Assembly: GCA_963703315.1 (NCBI GenBank)
Contig: OY969811.1
Span: 3,296,001-3,360,000 of the forward strand
Source of the DNA: an uncultured cyanobacterium
Lineage (GTDB): Bacteria > Cyanobacteriota > Cyanobacteriia > Pseudanabaenales > Pseudanabaenaceae
Direction of reading: 5' to 3'
DNA: 64,000 bases
In this document: piece after piece, positions 60,840 through 64,000 of the stretch
Layout of the letters: every line of letters starts with the position of its first letter
Numbering within the stretch: the stretch's first letter is position 1
Program-made: the position numbers and the translations under genes
The notes under the pieces: model-generated
Database searches by the model: none
The model's input: only the letters and a program-made list of their open reading frames with translations
What the model was told of the DNA's origin: nothing

Positions 60840-61063
60840 TTTTTTAAAAAGTAGTGGCAATGTATAGAGGATTGTTTCCCCGCCTTCGGCGAAACAATCT
60901 TGCCAGACTATGAAACGCTATAATGTAATCATATATAGTAAGTACATACACTGTAATCACTTGTTTTTGCATAGGAATAATTGCTTAAGCTTCCGTAATT
61001 GCGAATTGTCGTGTTGATCGCAGTGTCAATAGCAAGAGCAAAATAAATAACGGGAGGAAAGTT

Positions 61064-62728
61064 ATGCGATCGCAATGGCTATCAGAATTTCCACTTTCAG
61101 CGCAGGATCAGAAACGTCTGAAGGACTTTGAGCAAAATATTCAAAAGGAAGCAGAACTTTTTTTAGGATATCCCTGTAATGCCGTATTCGACTATTCGGC
61201 ACTTTACCAATTTTTAAAATATCCTCTCAATAACGTGGGTGATCCATACCTACCCAGCAATTACCATCTCAATACCCATGACTTTGAATGCGAAGTGATG
61301 GAAATCTTTGAGAAGTTGACTCAAGCACCTGAAGGCTCAACTTGGGGCTATGTCACCAATGGCGGCACTGAGGGGAATCATTATGGGATGTTTCTTGCCC
61401 GTGAACTTCTCCCCAATGGCATTGTCTATTATTCACAGGATGCTCACTATTCCATTGATAAAATTTTGCGATGCTTGAATCTACATAGCATCATGATTCG
61501 CAGTCAGCCCGATGGCACAATGGATTTAGATGATCTACGGGAAACTCTTCGCATTCATCGTGATGTACCACCGATTATTTGCGCCACCATTGGCACAACG
61601 ATGAAAGGAGCCGTTGATGATATTGCAGGTATTCAGACCATTTTTCATGAACTTGCCATCCATCGTCATTATCTCCATGTGGATGCAGCTTTAGGAGGAA
61701 TGATTCTGCCTTTTTTGGACAATCCACCTGCTTGGAACTTTAGCTCTGGCATTGACAGTATCTCGATTAGTGGACATAAGATGGTGGGTTCACCGATTCC
61801 CTGTGGCATTGTCTTAGCGAAGAAAAAGAATGTCGATCGCATTGCTCAAAGTGTGGAATATATCGGTACACTCGATACCACCTTAAGCGGTTCTCGTAAT
61901 GCCTTTGCACCTCTTTTCCTTTGGTATGCCATGCACACAGTTGGTATCAATGGATTTAAAGGCATCATTCAGTCTTGCCTCAAGGTGGCAGACTATGCAG
62001 TTCAGAAACTCAATGAGTTAGGTCGTCATGCTTGGCGACATCCCTATGCCAACACGGTAGTATTCGATCGCCCTGCGATGTCGGTCACTCAACATTGGCA
62101 ATTAGCTTGTCAGGGCAATATCTCCCACCTGATTACGATGCCCCATGTTACCAATGAGCATATTGATCGCTTAGTTGCCGATATTATCGCGGTCGAGCCG
62201 ATTCTGCCTCTAGCTTGTGAAGCTTTTGCTGCCTGTGAAACTACTAATGGCAATAGCGATCGCGAAATCATCTTATTGGGTAGACAAGATCCCAATCTGC
62301 TCGGTGATGTGGCAACGGCGCTAGCATCGGCGGGTATTTCCATTGAAGGGCTGACTGCGGTTAAGGTCGAGGAGGGGAATGTGGTTAAACTCAGTGTGAA
62401 TGATCGCGATCGCGCGTTGAAGATTTTGAATCAGACTCTCGATATCGGTCGTTGCTATGGACAATCTCGTTCCCTTGATACCCATGCAGCATCGCAGATC
62501 CTTAGTCAAATTGATTATCAAGCGGTCAGTGGTGATGCGTTACTCATCGAACTAGATGATAGTGCAGGAACGCTTGCCTTATTAATGAAACAATGCCGCG
62601 AGCAAGAAATCTCGATCCGCAGTGTGCGGTTACTATGGCGAGGCAAACACAAAGCCGTAGTGGAGCTAGCTTCTTCTGAACCTGACAAGTTGAAGTTATT
62701 GCTAGGCGATCGCGTTTTAATTCCTTAA
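61064..62728 (+). CDS. hdc: PLP-dependent histidine decarboxylase-family enzyme with two C-terminal ACT-like domains
   Basis: GYP, NNVGDP, WGYVTNGGTEGN, HYS, GTTMKGAVD, HVDAALGG, SISGHK (PLP Lys) and SGSRN; substrate not verifiable from sequence. Confidence 0.8.
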   Translation: MRSQWLSEFPLSAQDQKRLKDFEQNIQKEAELFLGYPCNAVFDYSALYQFLKYPLNNVGDPYLPSNYHLNTHDFECEVMEIFEKLTQAPEGSTWGYVTNGGTEGNHYGMFLARELLPNGIVYYSQDAHYSIDKILRCLNLHSIMIRSQPDGTMDLDDLRETLRIHRDVPPIICATIGTTMKGAVDDIAGIQTIFHELAIHRHYLHVDAALGGMILPFLDNPPAWNFSSGIDSISISGHKMVGSPIPCGIVLAKKKNVDRIAQSVEYIGTLDTTLSGSRNAFAPLFLWYAMHTVGINGFKGIIQSCLKVADYAVQKLNELGRHAWRHPYANTVVFDRPAMSVTQHWQLACQGNISHLITMPHVTNEHIDRLVADIIAVEPILPLACEAFAACETTNGNSDREIILLGRQDPNLLGDVATALASAGISIEGLTAVKVEEGNVVKLSVNDRDRALKILNQTLDIGRCYGQSRSLDTHAASQILSQIDYQAVSGDALLIELDDSAGTLALLMKQCREQEISIRSVRLLWRGKHKAVVELASSEPDKLKLLLGDRVLIP

Positions 62729-62797
62729 AAGGATTTTATAGCTGTCTGTCGCCAGTACAAAAACAAATCACTGAATGGCGGCGCGAAGCGCCGCCAT

Positions 62798-64000
62798 TCA
62801 GTGATTTGGTATATTCAGATAATGACATATCGGCAGCAGATCTAGATGCGCTTCTAATAGATCTGCCATCTTGTTATATAGATTCTGTTGATGATCTTGC
62901 CAAGATAGAGCAGAAGTTTGATGTTCAGAAATATTGGCTAATTGAGTTAAAGCTTTTCGGGCATTCGCAGACTCAAATAGACCATGTAAATAACTACCCC
63001 ACACCCGATCGCCTTTGATGCCTTCATCATAGATTTCGCGATCGCCTTGCACTCTCAGCAAAGGTTGGATAGAAGTAGATGAATTTGCATCAATTAAGTT
63101 CGTAACTCCCATGTGGATTTCGTAGGTCATCCATTGATCGATCGCTTGCTCTGTTTGCCAGATTGCCTGCACTTGACGAACCTGTTTAGTCGCCACAAAT
63201 TCTGTGCTAATGGGCAGCAGTCCCAATCCTGCCACTTCTCCTGACGTGCCAGCAAGTCCATCGCGATCGCCCAGATATTTACCTAGCATCTGATAGCCGC
63301 CACAGATACCAACAATGGGAATACCGCGATGATGAGCTTCCAGAATTGCCTGATCTAAGCCCGTAGTTCGCAACCATTGCAAATCGCTAAGAGTATTTTT
63401 ACTCCCTGGTAAGATAATGATTCGTGCCTCCCTAAGTTCTACAACTGTCTGCACCCAAATAGTTTCTATACCTGTATCCAATTGCCAAGGCTGACTATCT
63501 TGAGAATTAGATAAATGGGGAAACCGAATCCATGCAATCTTTGCGCCGTTCCCTTTCGCTTCAGCTTCACTACATAAACTATCTTCGCTCTCAGGTTGCA
63601 AATCTGATTGATAGGGTAGTACTCCTAAATAGGGAAGCTGAGGCATATATTTGCGAAAGTGAGTTTCCGCATCATTAAATAGTCGTAAATCACCACGAAA
63701 TTTATTGACAATAAATCCTAAGCCTAACTCCTTCGCAGGTTCAGGAATAAGATGATGCGTACCAATGATTTGCGCGAATACGCCTCCCTTCTCAATATCA
63801 CCAACTAATAGCCATCTTCCTTGTAAATGCACGATTGGACGTAAGTTGACGAGATCGCGCTGCATCAAGTTGAGTTCTACGGGACTACCTGCACCTTCGA
63901 GAAGCAGAACATCACAGCGATCGCGCCAAAATTCGAGAGTATCGCGCACAGTTTCCCAGAGGGTTTCGATATGTTGATAGTAGTCAATCGCTGCAATATG
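62798..64000 (-). CDS. cobQ: Cobyric acid synthase (5' end outside the window)
   Basis: LEGAGSPVELNL, GDIEKGG, NKFRGD, LPGSKNT, GICGGYQMLG and SYLHG motifs; frame stays open to the window edge. Confidence 0.93.
   Translation of the reverse strand, partial: HIAAIDYYQHIETLWETVRDTLEFWRDRCDVLLLEGAGSPVELNLMQRDLVNLRPIVHLQGRWLLVGDIEKGGVFAQIIGTHHLIPEPAKELGLGFIVNKFRGDLRLFNDAETHFRKYMPQLPYLGVLPYQSDLQPESEDSLCSEAEAKGNGAKIAWIRFPHLSNSQDSQPWQLDTGIETIWVQTVVELREARIIILPGSKNTLSDLQWLRTTGLDQAILEAHHRGIPIVGICGGYQMLGKYLGDRDGLAGTSGEVAGLGLLPISTEFVATKQVRQVQAIWQTEQAIDQWMTYEIHMGVTNLIDANSSTSIQPLLRVQGDREIYDEGIKGDRVWGSYLHGLFESANARKALTQLANISEHQTSALSWQDHQQNLYNKMADLLEAHLDLLPICHYLNIPNH

Noticed and set aside
58374..64000. Aminotransferase or decarboxylase acting as CobD for the neighbouring cobQ
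   Set aside because: cobQ is convergent, and the motifs fit DapL-like and HDC-like families rather than CobD

Overview
A 64-kb chromosomal segment from a cyanobacterium. This is shown by very dense HIP1 octamers (GCGATCGC) and by psbO, petG, ycf46/ycf35 and cyanoexosortase A. The hairpin-repeat style suggests a Pseudanabaena-like organism (inference). It is mostly housekeeping and envelope genes (corA, ddl, birA, comEC, psbO, petG, gloA, hemB, secA, obgE, iscA, cobQ) plus tRNA-Val(TAC) and tRNA-Thr(TGT). The most interesting accessory signals are: (i) an AT-rich, apparently HIP1-free, translationally coupled ABC-type ATPase plus PD-(D/E)XK nuclease-like pair, a candidate anti-phage or toxin module; (ii) a PLP histidine/serine-decarboxylase-family enzyme with two C-terminal ACT-like domains, downstream of an orphan MSMEG_0565-type glycosyltransferase; (iii) an RHH-ycf46-ycf35 operon with a palindromic candidate operator over its -35 box and a structured intercistronic region; (iv) three families of 75-150 bp non-autonomous hairpin/MITE elements, two of them caught inside dead genes (a receiver-domain remnant and an IS1595 transposase remnant) with reconstructable target-site duplications; (v) a DUF433/DUF5615 toxin-antitoxin pair whose toxin has an internal deletion. 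No CRISPR array, rRNA or intact transposase/integrase was seen. All family calls come from motif recognition by eye, with no database search.
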